Below the pieces are notes generated by a model. That model had not been told where the DNA came from, did no database searches, and was given only the letters and a program-made list of their open reading frames with translations. Below, in pieces: positions 37,748 through 47,654 of a stretch of DNA of 64,000 nucleotides (position 1 is its first letter; every line of letters starts with the position of its first letter). A program made the translations under genes and the position numbers. The stretch is taken from positions 1 through 64,000 of the IMG/VR virus record IMGVR_UViG_3300017763_000005; one strand, given 5' to 3'. Source of the DNA: a virus.

Positions 37748-38075
37748 GTCCCTCCATCACTGCTTCACTTGCTTTGTTAAATCTTAATTCTATAAGTCCA
37801 GGCTTTTTAATTGCAAGTGCATCTAAATTATGCCTAGCAAATATAGCTAAATATTTTGCCTTTTCTTCTTCGATCTGAGCATTCTGTCTGCTCATATTCA
37901 TTAAAGCTTTACCTTGTTTCTCATATTGTTCTTTCATGATCTCCATAGCTTGTTTCTGTTCTTCGACAGCAGCCTCGAGTTTAATTTGGTTTGCTTTAAA
38001 TGTTTGGTTTTGCCCATATAACCACCAGGTACTTAAACCTAGTACTAATATGATAGCTATAAAAAATTGCTGCAT
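37707..38075 (-). CDS. Probable i-spanin
   Basis: N-terminal TM, long coiled coil, KKPGLIE.R.NK motif as in T4 PseT.3-like spanins. Confidence 0.72.
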   Translation of the reverse strand: MQQFFIAIILVLGLSTWWLYGQNQTFKANQIKLEAAVEEQKQAMEIMKEQYEKQGKALMNMSRQNAQIEEEKAKYLAIFARHNLDALAIKKPGLIELRFNKASEAVMEGLEDDTEKLSTLNQ

Positions 38076-38293
38076 TATGAATTCACCTCAATATATTCTT
38101 TAATAAGACCTATAGTTGAAAGAGTTTCTGCATCTTCATCTGCTATTTCTACATCATATTGTTCTTCAAGCTGTAAAATAATTTCAACTGTGTCTAATGA
38201 ATCAGCTCCAAGATCATCTACTAATGATTTATCATCGCTACATTCTTCTATTGTTTTACCTAAATGGTCTGCTACTATTTTATTTACTGACAT
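38075..38293 (-). CDS. acpP: Acyl carrier protein
   Basis: DDLGADSLDTVE phosphopantetheine site; acidic 72 aa. Confidence 0.93.
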   Translation of the reverse strand: MSVNKIVADHLGKTIEECSDDKSLVDDLGADSLDTVEIILQLEEQYDVEIADEDAETLSTIGLIKEYIEVNS

Positions 38294-38562
38294 TATTCGT
38301 CCTCTATCTTATATCTTAAACCTTGCATACCTTTGATATGCACAGTTCTTTTATCATCTGTTCTAAACTTTAGTTCTTTGAAGTTTGATTTTATTATTTT
38401 TCTCACATGCACATATTTTTGATCGTCACCATTACCCCATTGATTATCAAAGGAAACAGTAACAGTAAATCTTGGATTTAACTTATTTACTATCCACCAA
38501 TAAACTTTCTTAACAATATTAATCAGTTTTTTTAAGTATTTCACGTGCGTTTCTCCTAGCAA
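38293..38562 (-). CDS. Hypothetical protein
   Basis: ORF track; coupled to acpP. Confidence 0.55.
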   Translation of the reverse strand: MLGETHVKYLKKLINIVKKVYWWIVNKLNPRFTVTVSFDNQWGNGDDQKYVHVRKIIKSNFKELKFRTDDKRTVHIKGMQGLRYKIEDE

Positions 38563-38758
38563 GGATACGTTCTACAAACTTCTTACCCTCTTTAGTTCTT
38601 CCATCATAAATTCTTTTATGCATTTGATTTTTCTTTTTATGTTTATCGTGTTTATCTTTTGGCATAGCGTCTGCTGGCATAGATACACCACCATGACCTA
38701 CAGCATTTGCTGCTGCATCTTCCCACATATCTTGGTATTCTTTAAATGATCTTATCAT
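38519..38758 (-). CDS. Hypothetical protein with internal-protein-like N-terminus
   Basis: MIRSFKEY; EDAAANAVG; DGRTKEGKKF. Confidence 0.65.
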   Translation of the reverse strand: MIRSFKEYQDMWEDAAANAVGHGGVSMPADAMPKDKHDKHKKKNQMHKRIYDGRTKEGKKFVERILARRNAREILKKTD

Positions 38759-39345
38759 CTGCTTATATCTCTATTTGTTATGTATATATTTTGTCTTGTT
38801 TTAGAATGTAATACCCTGTATATATTTATATTAGAAATGCTTCCAACTGGTGTTAATAAGTCATTAACTATAACTTTTGAATTTCTATGCGCTATTATTT
38901 CACCAGTTTCTAAAGATGCTACATCTTCTACTAAAATATAATTACCTGGATAAAGTCTTGCTTCTGAATCTTGATACCAATAGTTTTCATTTATCTCATT
39001 ACTAAGCGGTTCTTCTAAAGCTTTTTCTAATGTTTTTAATAATTGTTTTTCAGACATTCCAGTATGTTCTTTAATCAAGAATAGAGCAGCTCCATAACGA
39101 GCAACAACTGATTTGCCGCCTGGAGCTTTTGCCATTATTCTTTTAAGATTAAATACAAGTCTATGAAAAACTGTATAGGCTGACTTTTCTTCTGGAGTTG
39201 TACGTTCAGGTCCTTTTTTAAGTACCTTACCTTCTTTATCAATTATACCAAGCTCAAACGCTTTTGTTTTCTCAAACGGAGTAACGAGCAATTTCAAAAA
39301 GCGAAATGCGTAAAATAAATCTCCTGTTCTTGATATAATTCCCAT
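38755..39345 (-). CDS. Conserved T4-like hypothetical protein
   Basis: DLFYAFRFLKLLVTPF..T.AF.LGIID..G; YTVFHRLVFNLKR. Confidence 0.75.
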   Translation of the reverse strand: MGIISRTGDLFYAFRFLKLLVTPFEKTKAFELGIIDKEGKVLKKGPERTTPEEKSAYTVFHRLVFNLKRIMAKAPGGKSVVARYGAALFLIKEHTGMSEKQLLKTLEKALEEPLSNEINENYWYQDSEARLYPGNYILVEDVASLETGEIIAHRNSKVIVNDLLTPVGSISNINIYRVLHSKTRQNIYITNRDISR

Positions 39346-39716
39346 TAAAGTTCTCTTAATACCTCTACTATGTTAGGGTCCATTACGACATCAACCTTCT
39401 CATCCTCAGGTAAGTAGTGAAGATATACTAAAAATGGTTTGATATATTGATAGTGATTTTGATCTATCTTATACCATATCATTCTATTACAAGCTTCTAT
39501 ACCAAATACGTTATAAAGAACTATAATGTGATTAAGAATTAATCGTTCTTGTAATTCACCATGTTCTTCGTATCGAGTAAGCAACCTTTTGAGATATTTA
39601 AATCTACTTAAGTCTTGCTTGAATTCTTCTACATCCGTACATTCCGGATTGTTATAATGTTGTGCCGCAAAAAGTTTAAAATTCTTACTCGTCAACTCAT
39701 CAAATACTTTCATCAT
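39345..39716 (-). CDS. Conserved T4-like hypothetical protein
   Basis: FAAQHYNNPEC..EEF..DL.RFKYLKRL, RLILNHIIVLYNVFG. Confidence 0.8.
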   Translation of the reverse strand: MMKVFDELTSKNFKLFAAQHYNNPECTDVEEFKQDLSRFKYLKRLLTRYEEHGELQERLILNHIIVLYNVFGIEACNRMIWYKIDQNHYQYIKPFLVYLHYLPEDEKVDVVMDPNIVEVLREL

Positions 39717-39745
39717 ATATTATATATACCTTTCGGTATAATTAA

Positions 39746-40408
39746 TTAGTCAGTTTCGTTATCAGCTTCGTAGTTTGCATCAACGTAATCAAAGAATTCT
39801 TTCTTTTTATCTCCTTCAAGTTCATCAGGTGATTTTACACCAAATTTCTTAAGAGCTTTATCAAAGAATGCTCGGTATTTTTTTTGTTTTTCAGACTGCT
39901 CATCGACTTTTTCGTCTTCTTCGTCTTCTTTTTTACCTTCTTTGACGTCTTTCTTTTCTTCTTCTTCGTCGTCTTTGTAGTCTTCTACTTTGTATTTTTT
40001 ACCAGAAACTACGAATTCATCATCACCGTTTTTACGAGCAGCATTTAAAGCTTTAGTGAAGGCATTACCTTCTTTTTTCTCATCTTCTTCATCATCATGC
40101 TTAGCTTCTTTAGTTACTGTACCATCTGGATTTTCACCAGATTTTTTTATAACATGCTTGTCTTTAAAATCCTTTTCGCCTTTAGCTCTTGGCTCTTCAA
40201 CCTCATTAACTTTTGGCTTTTCATGAGTGTAACCTTGCTTAGCAAGTTTTTCATGATCTTCAGGAGTTTTAGCAACTACTTTTTCGCCAGTTTTAGGGTG
40301 AAACATATCGTGAGGATATTTAGCTTCTTCTTTTTTTGGAGCTTTACCTTCAAGTACATCTTGTACTGTGTTAGCAATGCTCATTGTTATGTCATCATTG
40401 AATTTCAT
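39746..40408 (-). CDS. Highly charged low-complexity protein, possible head core/internal protein
   Basis: E/K/D-rich; YRAFFDKALKKFGV..P.EL...KKKEFF motif. Confidence 0.65.
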   Translation of the reverse strand: MKFNDDITMSIANTVQDVLEGKAPKKEEAKYPHDMFHPKTGEKVVAKTPEDHEKLAKQGYTHEKPKVNEVEEPRAKGEKDFKDKHVIKKSGENPDGTVTKEAKHDDEEDEKKEGNAFTKALNAARKNGDDEFVVSGKKYKVEDYKDDEEEEKKDVKEGKKEDEEDEKVDEQSEKQKKYRAFFDKALKKFGVKSPDELEGDKKKEFFDYVDANYEADNETD

Positions 40409-40419
40409 TTTTTTCTCCG

Positions 40420-40767
40420 TTAATTACTTAAATGAACTATGTATTCCCAAGTAACTGCTGATATTAAACCAACTAATATTACCCAGAATATTCTATTAAT
40501 AATATTGACTGTGCTTGCATTGCTATTAACTAATTGCTCAACACGGTCTATTCTATTTATAAGCGATTGCACTTGAGTTGCTTGTTGCTTATTAAATTCT
40601 GCGAGAGTTGAAATCTTCTCTTCAGCTCTTGCAAGCGCTATTATCGCCTGAGCCATTTGATCTAATTTCTCTTCTATTCTATCCAATCTTTGAGATTGAA
40701 CTGTGTAAACTTGCATTTCTTGTTTATCCATCTTTAGAGATAATCCTACATTTGAGGGTGTTAACAC
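40420..40767 (-). CDS. Coiled-coil protein with C-terminal TM
   Basis: RLDRIEEKLD coiled coil; hydrophobic C-terminus. Confidence 0.65.
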   Translation of the reverse strand: MLTPSNVGLSLKMDKQEMQVYTVQSQRLDRIEEKLDQMAQAIIALARAEEKISTLAEFNKQQATQVQSLINRIDRVEQLVNSNASTVNIINRIFWVILVGLISAVTWEYIVHLSN

Positions 40768-40999
40768 CTTTTAATACTCTATGATATTCTCCCTTTGGTA
40801 CGTCGAATATCATGCCTGGTGATAATAAAAACGGTAAACAGTTATCAAACTGTATACACCAACCATCGCCTTCGAGTATTTCAATTTCACGATCTTCATT
40901 GTCACGATGCCAAACATATTCCTCATCATCTCGATCGATAAAGAATTCTCTCTCTATACCTCCTAAGGTATATTCTTCTGCAAATGGAAGGTTTACCAA
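40724..40999 (-). CDS. Cupin-like protein
   Basis: WHRD.EDREI, VPKGEYHRVLKG. Confidence 0.7.
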   Translation of the reverse strand: MVNLPFAEEYTLGGIEREFFIDRDDEEYVWHRDNEDREIEILEGDGWCIQFDNCLPFLLSPGMIFDVPKGEYHRVLKGVNTLKCRIISKDG

Positions 41000-41364
41000 A
41001 AGTAATTCCCTCCTCCCTTTAAACCTAATTCTTTAGCATACTTAGGTAATCTACATGCCCAATAACCAGCTGACAATTTATCAGTTTTAGTATCACAGTT
41101 ATGTCTTGAAGCAAAGTTTCGAGCAGCATCACGATCATTTATCTTTGATGTTAAACCACCTTTTGCATCTCCAAAGTTTATCTTCTTTACATTACCAGTT
41201 TGTGGATTTTTTACATATACCACATACTTGCTTGGACCAGCTGATCTTTTTGGTTTATTAAGCTCCGGAGCTTCTATCAATGGTCTTTCTAATGGAACAG
41301 TTGTTCCTTCATATAAACCAAAGTTTTTATTTATATGTTCTTTGAAATTATCCACCGAACTCAT
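40993..41364 (-). CDS. Conserved phage hypothetical protein
   Basis: YVKNP.TGNVKKINFG, FASRHNC...DKLSAGYWAC. Confidence 0.75.
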   Translation of the reverse strand: MSSVDNFKEHINKNFGLYEGTTVPLERPLIEAPELNKPKRSAGPSKYVVYVKNPQTGNVKKINFGDAKGGLTSKINDRDAARNFASRHNCDTKTDKLSAGYWACRLPKYAKELGLKGGGNYFW

Positions 41365-41722
41365 GCCCCGCTACTCTTTTCATTTGTTTTTTATATTCAG
41401 CAAAGTCAGGTTTAGATTTATATAGCTTTATAGAAATCTCGTTTCTTTCTTTACCTTTAATACGCCAGTTATAACCTTGTTCTTTATGTTCAGGATCTGT
41501 GGTTTTTACAACTCTTCTTTTGTAACCATCTTCCCAAGTTTCGCCTTTGTATTTACCTTCGCCTTCTTCTACGTTTTCTCCTTTAGCTCTGTCCATAGCT
41601 GCTTGAGTAGGAGCTCCTTTTTCTCCTTTTTTACGCATTGGCTTTCCACTCTTTCTTTTATTATGGATATTGGCCCAAAGACCAGGACCCTTTTCAGAAA
41701 GAAATGATTTAAATGATATCAT
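41348..41722 (-). CDS. Putative internal head protein
   Basis: MISFKSFLSE; PGLWANIH.KR...MRKKGEKGAPT. Confidence 0.65.
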   Translation of the reverse strand: MISFKSFLSEKGPGLWANIHNKRKSGKPMRKKGEKGAPTQAAMDRAKGENVEEGEGKYKGETWEDGYKRRVVKTTDPEHKEQGYNWRIKGKERNEISIKLYKSKPDFAEYKKQMKRVAGHEFGG

Positions 41723-42012
41723 CTTTTTAAATCCATTCTAAACGATTTGCCCTTTTGTTGTTTATCTTTAGTGACTTTAAACTTAGCAATTCTAGCTATT
41801 ATATTAGTTAATTCTGTTTTGCCTTTTTTTAAATCTTTTTCTAAGACCTTTTTAACTTCCTTCCATATAGAATCTAGTATATCACTATCACTAGCTACAT
41901 ATGGTGCTTCATCTAATTCATCTGCTTTAATACCGTCGCCATCTGTATCAATTTCTTTTTCGGCGTCAGTATAAGACTTAAATTTTTGTCTAGCTTGTTT
42001 AAAGGTTTTCAT
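41719..42012 (-). CDS. Putative internal head protein
   Basis: MKTFKQAR; coupled ORF. Confidence 0.6.
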   Translation of the reverse strand: MKTFKQARQKFKSYTDAEKEIDTDGDGIKADELDEAPYVASDSDILDSIWKEVKKVLEKDLKKGKTELTNIIARIAKFKVTKDKQQKGKSFRMDLKR

Positions 42013-42788
42013 TAGTATTTTGATCCTGCGCTTAAGTCGACTTTCATTCTTCTACCTGGTCGTATGTTTCCAGATTTTCTTTTGATTGCTTCATCCATAT
42101 CTACATCGAAGTTGATATGTGTAATATCATAACCTTGACCTTTTTTCTTAGCAGTTAACCATCTACCATTAAGTGAATCCATTGCAACTTTGTTTAAATC
42201 AGTCTTAGGAAACTTCTTACTCTTTGTAGACCCAGGGATAAAATATAAAACACCAAGATCATCGTATAACTCATCATCACCAAATGGCATAAGCTTTAAA
42301 TATTTGTCTACTTCCTTTTCAGTAGTAGCAAAGTATGGCTTTGATACAAGGTCCATTAATTTTTGAAGTTTAGTTTTAGTATCTGGTATATCCCATGTAC
42401 CTTCTTTAACTTTTTGCACTGATTCTGGTAAAGACATCATAAACTTACCGATATTTTTATTAGGACCTGATACACTAAGTTCAGTACCAGTTTTAGTTTT
42501 TTTACTTACAACTTTTACACCAGCCTTTTGAGCAAGCTTAACTGCAGTCTTATGACTATCGTCGTCCATATCTACTAATTTAACGGTCTCTTCGTTTACT
42601 GATTCGTTTGCTTGTCTTAAAGCATCTTTAACCATAGGATCATTTGCTAATCCTTTTTTCATTGCTTCTATTTTTTTATGAGCTCCAGTCATATTACCAC
42701 CCATATCAATTGCAATCTTTACAGCAGCTGCAACAAGAGATGAAGGGAATTTACTTCTGTATTTTTCTCTTAGTTCTTTAAATTTCAT
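42012..42788 (-). CDS. Putative internal head protein
   Basis: MKFKELRE; internal xxE sites (ANE, VNE, VKE, MDE). Confidence 0.6.
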   Translation of the reverse strand: MKFKELREKYRSKFPSSLVAAAVKIAIDMGGNMTGAHKKIEAMKKGLANDPMVKDALRQANESVNEETVKLVDMDDDSHKTAVKLAQKAGVKVVSKKTKTGTELSVSGPNKNIGKFMMSLPESVQKVKEGTWDIPDTKTKLQKLMDLVSKPYFATTEKEVDKYLKLMPFGDDELYDDLGVLYFIPGSTKSKKFPKTDLNKVAMDSLNGRWLTAKKKGQGYDITHINFDVDMDEAIKRKSGNIRPGRRMKVDLSAGSKY

Positions 42789-42791
42789 TTT

Positions 42792-44138
42792 TTATCCTCT
42801 TACTTTAGCGGCTAGATCTTTATCAGCTTTGCCCCATGTTCCTTTTGATTTTGTTACGAATGAATTGACTCTTGCCAATCCCCATTGAACAGCTGTTGTT
42901 CCAGGTCTATGACCTGTTTTCCATGCTGCTACTCCTCTATTGAATACTTGTCTTAATATACCTAAAGGCATACCAGATTTATCAGCTTTTTTCTTAAGTG
43001 CTGCATCTGATTTACCTTCATGTACATTAAAGTCTTCAAATGTTAATTCACCAAACATTTGATGATATTTTTTTGTATGTGTAGATGGTTTTGTTTTTGC
43101 TGTTGCATCACCTGGAGCTGGTTTTGTAGATTTCTTTTTAAAATGAGCATCTCTTTTTTGCTTTGTAGATTTAGAAAGACCTGCATGATATTTGGCTGGT
43201 TGTGAACCTTTTTTGTGACCGATATCAGGATCTTCTCTATTCTCATCTTTCTTTTTCTTCTTTTCGCCAGGTGTTTCATTTTTAAGATAATTTGTATATG
43301 TTTTAGTACCTATTTCATTATATTCTAATAATTCTATAGCATCTAACCAGTATCTTTTCTTACCTAATATACCTTCTACTATTACATAATTAGTTCCACA
43401 AACTGAAATAGTACCTACTTCATTTGTTTCTTTAATTACAATTTCGTCTCCAACTTGGAATGAGTTACCTGCAACATATTCCTCTCTTGACTCAGATACA
43501 GTTGGTAATTCAACATGTTGTCTAAAAGTACTTTCTAATTTTAATCCCATACCTTTACGTACAGCATTAAAAAGATCTGTTGGATGAAACCTAGCTGGAA
43601 CTCCTTTCGCAAATCCAGCTAGATCATTTTGTTGAGCGGCCATACGCATTTTTGAAGCAGACATACCAGTTGCACCTTCGGCATCTGGATCTCTTTCTCC
43701 TGCGCTTACTACATTTATTGCACCTTCGAAATTATAAAAACCGTGTTTAGCTTTTTCACCATTATATTTGTTTAATAATATATCAAACTCTCTTACTCTA
43801 TCGCTACCAGCGACAAGTGTTATTTTGGTAAAGCCTTGATCGTAAAGTTTTACTGCAATATCCAGTACTGTACGAACACCTTTATCGGCCATTATATTTC
43901 GTGCATGTTTAGGAAACATTTTACGAAGGAATTTAATTTTATCTTTAAATTGAAGAGGATTCTTTTTAGCATCTACTGATTGTGATGCATAGATTCTATA
44001 TGAACCACCGCGTGATTGTTTTTTCAGTGCTTCAAATAATTTTTCATGACCAATCGTCGGAGGATTAAATCTCCCAAATACGAATGATACTTCTTTTGTG
44101 TTTTCAGTTAAATAATCACTGAATGATTTTATCGACAT
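42792..44138 (-). CDS. HIGH-superfamily nucleotidyltransferase (cytidyltransferase-like) with C-terminal accessory domains
   Basis: FGRFNPPTIGHEKL, KNPL, VAGSDR, SAGERDPD, MSASKMR. Confidence 0.85.
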   Translation of the reverse strand: MSIKSFSDYLTENTKEVSFVFGRFNPPTIGHEKLFEALKKQSRGGSYRIYASQSVDAKKNPLQFKDKIKFLRKMFPKHARNIMADKGVRTVLDIAVKLYDQGFTKITLVAGSDRVREFDILLNKYNGEKAKHGFYNFEGAINVVSAGERDPDAEGATGMSASKMRMAAQQNDLAGFAKGVPARFHPTDLFNAVRKGMGLKLESTFRQHVELPTVSESREEYVAGNSFQVGDEIVIKETNEVGTISVCGTNYVIVEGILGKKRYWLDAIELLEYNEIGTKTYTNYLKNETPGEKKKKKDENREDPDIGHKKGSQPAKYHAGLSKSTKQKRDAHFKKKSTKPAPGDATAKTKPSTHTKKYHQMFGELTFEDFNVHEGKSDAALKKKADKSGMPLGILRQVFNRGVAAWKTGHRPGTTAVQWGLARVNSFVTKSKGTWGKADKDLAAKVRG

Positions 44139-44157
44139 TTATATCCTCGGTTCCCAT

Positions 44158-45399
44158 TTAGCCTGGATTGTCCCAGCCTTTAATAATATCTTTGCTAAAG
44201 TTGTTGGTAGAAAATTCCATTCTATCAACTAGTTTAACTGCTCCACCTTCCATACGATCTATAGCAACAAAACCTTCTGGGTTGGTCACTTTAAATCCGG
44301 ACGTTGTTTTAACAAACGTTCCAATTTTATTAAGTTTGTTTAGTTTATTTATAATAATTAATTTGCTGTCTACTAATAAATTTTGTAAATCAAACACATT
44401 TTGTAAGTTTTTTATATTTTTTTTATCAAAAAACTTTAATAATGCATCTCTTTGTTTTGCTTTATTATCTTTACCCTTTGTAGACGATAATTTATCGATT
44501 TGTTTTGCATATCTATCTTGAACAAACATTATTAAACCAGTAGCATGTTTTTTAGTATTAGTAATTCTTTGACCTTCTCTTACTTTTTTATTGTTATATA
44601 CATTAATAACAAGATTTAATTCTTTATTTGATTCTATTTCTTTTAATGTAGAAGCTGATATCTTTTTAAATATCTTACCAGCATCTGATAATTTCTTTGA
44701 TACTTCTAAGCTATCTTGTTTAGTGAGTGTTGCAGTACCACTTAGGTCTTTTAAAGTAGCATCTTGCATCCATACATTTTTATTTGGTTTTAATTTAGAA
44801 ACAATATCTTTACCAAACTCTGCTTTCATAGTTTCAAATGTTGCTCCACTATATGATGTATGCCATACTATACCTACTTTAGCTGCTGCAATCTCTTTTG
44901 CTAAGGGCGTACCTGTAGGTACAGCATAAAGAATAGTATTAGGATGGAAAGTAATATGTTGGACTCCATCAATCTTCTCCTTTTTTAGATCACTTGAGTC
45001 AAACATAAAGTCACCTTGTATTACATCTTTAATGCCAAGACTTTTTAGATTATCAAATGCAATCTTTAATTTTTTATTTAAATCACCTGATGTATCAGCA
45101 TCTATATCTGCATGATTCTTATATACTTTAGGATCAGCATTAAAGATACCTTTTTTTGCTACAAAGAATTGTCCATCTCGTGGATCTTCTCCAGCGAATA
45201 AGGCGGGGGCTCCGTCCCACTTGACAGTAACGTCCACAGGTGCTTTTGCGTTACCGCTCAACATATCCCTCAGTGATCTGAGCGCTAGGATTGCCTGGCG
45301 AGCCCCCTTAACTCCACCGTCAATGACAAGATCTTCAATATGTGTCATATGAGTATTCTTGCCTGCGGCCTCTGTTAAGTAATTTGTTAAACTTATCAT
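44158..45399 (-). CDS. Conserved T4-like protein with covalent nucleotidyltransferase (ligase-like) motifs
   Basis: TVKWDG, IQGDFMF, PEGFV, VKLVDR. Confidence 0.6.
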   Translation of the reverse strand: MISLTNYLTEAAGKNTHMTHIEDLVIDGGVKGARQAILALRSLRDMLSGNAKAPVDVTVKWDGAPALFAGEDPRDGQFFVAKKGIFNADPKVYKNHADIDADTSGDLNKKLKIAFDNLKSLGIKDVIQGDFMFDSSDLKKEKIDGVQHITFHPNTILYAVPTGTPLAKEIAAAKVGIVWHTSYSGATFETMKAEFGKDIVSKLKPNKNVWMQDATLKDLSGTATLTKQDSLEVSKKLSDAGKIFKKISASTLKEIESNKELNLVINVYNNKKVREGQRITNTKKHATGLIMFVQDRYAKQIDKLSSTKGKDNKAKQRDALLKFFDKKNIKNLQNVFDLQNLLVDSKLIIINKLNKLNKIGTFVKTTSGFKVTNPEGFVAIDRMEGGAVKLVDRMEFSTNNFSKDIIKGWDNPG

Positions 45400-46778
45400 G
45401 TATAAACCTTTACGTACGAGCTGGAATCTTCTGCTTTTGATCCAGCATAATTTACAATTTTAGTTATCCATCTGTTTGCTCTTTTACCTGTATTAATATC
45501 CAAGTAATAACAAACATATAAACAACCAAGTTTAGATGAAATCCAATTAGTATCTTTTGCTAATAGTAGTTCTTGGAATTGTTCAAATGTTTCATTCTTA
45601 TAAAAGTTGTTATACATCTTCCAAAATATTGCAATTCCTTTTTTATCTTTCTTTGTAGCTATTTTCTTCGCTATATTATATATTCCAGCTTTATGATTTG
45701 GTAATTTCTTATTAAATACAACTTTTGTTGCATCTTGTAAAACTCCCCAACTTGCTCCACCACCTCTTGCAGTTTTTAATATAATTTCTGCTTTTACGTT
45801 ACCGCCAGGTGAGTTATCTTTTAAAGCCATTTTACCATCATCAAATACTAATGTTGCACCTTTGTTAGACCAGAAGTCTCCTCGTACAGCTCCTTGTAAT
45901 AAGATCTGCATTAACTTATGATCGTCAGTATCAGGTGGTAGTTTAACATTGTATTCAGTTAGTTTAGCTTTTTTCTTAACAAGTTTAAGAGATATACCAA
46001 CTAAAGTTCGATTTGCAAAGTGTTCTAATATAGATTCATTTAATGATTTAACGCTGTCTGATTTAAGATTTTTTATGTTAAAGCTTTTATCAACAGCCCA
46101 TATATCGCCAGGATTCCATTTGTCATCTTTTAACGCTTTCATATCTGTATTTTTATATGCTACATTTTTAAGTGCATATATGCTATTCATGACTTTGTCA
46201 TTTCTGTGAAAGGTGTGACCTTTATGGATATATTTGTTTTTAATTAATTCATATGCAGAGAGATGAGATGATGTAAACCAATCTCCTTCTACGCCTAATA
46301 CTTCATCTAATGATGCATCAACAAATACTTTTTTGTATGCTGCTTTAAGTATATCATGCGTAAAGAAATCTTCATCATGCATTCCATGATCTAACATCGC
46401 TTGGCACATAACACATTGATGTGATTCTGTAATCTTTGTGTTAAGTGAACCTCCACCAGATCCTCCGCCACCACCAAATACTGATGACTTAGATAAATCT
46501 GATGTGGTATAACTGTTTCCATCTATTCCCATAAATGGTATAGCAGCTTTCTTATCTGAATTACTCTTTTTAAAGTCTTTTAAAAGTTTAAGTAGCTCAG
46601 GATTTTTTTCTATTACTACTGATCCGCCTTTAGCTAATTCAATTGGTTTATTTTGTCCAATCAGTCTTATAAGAATATCAACTCTCGCTTCTCCAGTAAT
46701 ACTGTTAGGTTTATCTAACTGAGCTGGAGTCATTTTTACTGCTTCTTTAAGTGTTTTAAAGTCTTTAAAATTTTTCAT
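45396..46778 (-). CDS. Putative PD-(D/E)xK-like nuclease-fold protein
   Basis: TKITES, DKWNPGDIW, VGISLKL. Confidence 0.55.
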   Translation of the reverse strand: MKNFKDFKTLKEAVKMTPAQLDKPNSITGEARVDILIRLIGQNKPIELAKGGSVVIEKNPELLKLLKDFKKSNSDKKAAIPFMGIDGNSYTTSDLSKSSVFGGGGGSGGGSLNTKITESHQCVMCQAMLDHGMHDEDFFTHDILKAAYKKVFVDASLDEVLGVEGDWFTSSHLSAYELIKNKYIHKGHTFHRNDKVMNSIYALKNVAYKNTDMKALKDDKWNPGDIWAVDKSFNIKNLKSDSVKSLNESILEHFANRTLVGISLKLVKKKAKLTEYNVKLPPDTDDHKLMQILLQGAVRGDFWSNKGATLVFDDGKMALKDNSPGGNVKAEIILKTARGGGASWGVLQDATKVVFNKKLPNHKAGIYNIAKKIATKKDKKGIAIFWKMYNNFYKNETFEQFQELLLAKDTNWISSKLGCLYVCYYLDINTGKRANRWITKIVNYAGSKAEDSSSYVKVYT

Positions 46779-46784
46779 AGAGTT

Positions 46785-46826
46785 ATTATACCTTACTTTT
46801 TAGTAAATGTAAATATCTATTTATAA
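46785..46826 (-). promoter_or_regulatory. Tandem late plus early promoter, copy 2
   Basis: 41 of 42 nt identical to 26617-26658. Confidence 0.85.
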
Positions 46827-47151
46827 CTTTTTAAACTTTATCTTTTGTGTAGAAAAGATTGGGCGAAATTTCTCCGCCCCTGTCTACATTGATGATCTTT
46901 TTTTCATGAAGTTTTCGAATGGTTCTTTCAGCACCTTCACGTATGCCAATTTGAAATGCTTGATAACCAGCACCGAGTATGCAAATAAATGTAATTGCGT
47001 ATACTTCCACTATAGAAGCACTCTTTCTACATGTGTATCAAAACCTTTTTTTCGCATTTGCTCTTCAAATATAATTGCATCTTTAAGCTGATCAAAAATA
47101 TAATCAGCTTTGACTTCTTTGTCTTCAGTAGCAATTACTTTAAATGAAACA

Positions 47152-47448
47152 TCATCTTTCGTATACATATACATCCATTCTCTCCGCAAATTTTAGTGGT
47201 AATGATTGATCGTATCTTCTACGATATGAACCTTGAGCAACTGCATGTTTAACTCTTGGACCACGTCCTTGACATTTAACATAGAATTGTACGAGCTTTT
47301 GCGGCCCGTAATTCATACTTGCTTGTGATGCACGTCTTCTTAAGATTGCATTTTGTTTCTTGACTAGATCTCTTAAATTTTGCAACTCTAGCATAGAGCT
47401 TGCGCATTTAGGATCTGCAGTCATTACATAACTACTTGAATATCTCAT
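47152..47448 (-). CDS. Hypothetical early protein
   Basis: ORF track; YVKCQGRGPR. Confidence 0.6.
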   Translation of the reverse strand: MRYSSSYVMTADPKCASSMLELQNLRDLVKKQNAILRRRASQASMNYGPQKLVQFYVKCQGRGPRVKHAVAQGSYRRRYDQSLPLKFAERMDVYVYER

Positions 47449-47654
47449 TAGTGTATTGGCCTCCCACCTAAAGTTTCTAAAAAGAATTGACCCTGAATAT
47501 CATGGCCAGTTCTTGCAAATACTGAATCACACAGTTTATTCCATGATTCATTAATAGTTTCTGGATTTTTGTCTTTAGCAAAACTTTGTTCTACTAAATC
47601 TAATTCGATATCTAGTGGGATATCAGTTGCGATGTGGGTTAGTGATAATATCAT
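47448..47654 (-). CDS. Hypothetical early protein
   Basis: Coupled ORF. Confidence 0.6.
   Translation of the reverse strand: MILSLTHIATDIPLDIELDLVEQSFAKDKNPETINESWNKLCDSVFARTGHDIQGQFFLETLGGRPIH

Noticed and set aside
42792-45399. Known NAD reconstitution pathway (NARP1/NARP2)
   Set aside because: No PRPP-synthetase-like or nicotinamide phosphoribosyltransferase gene recognised in the window
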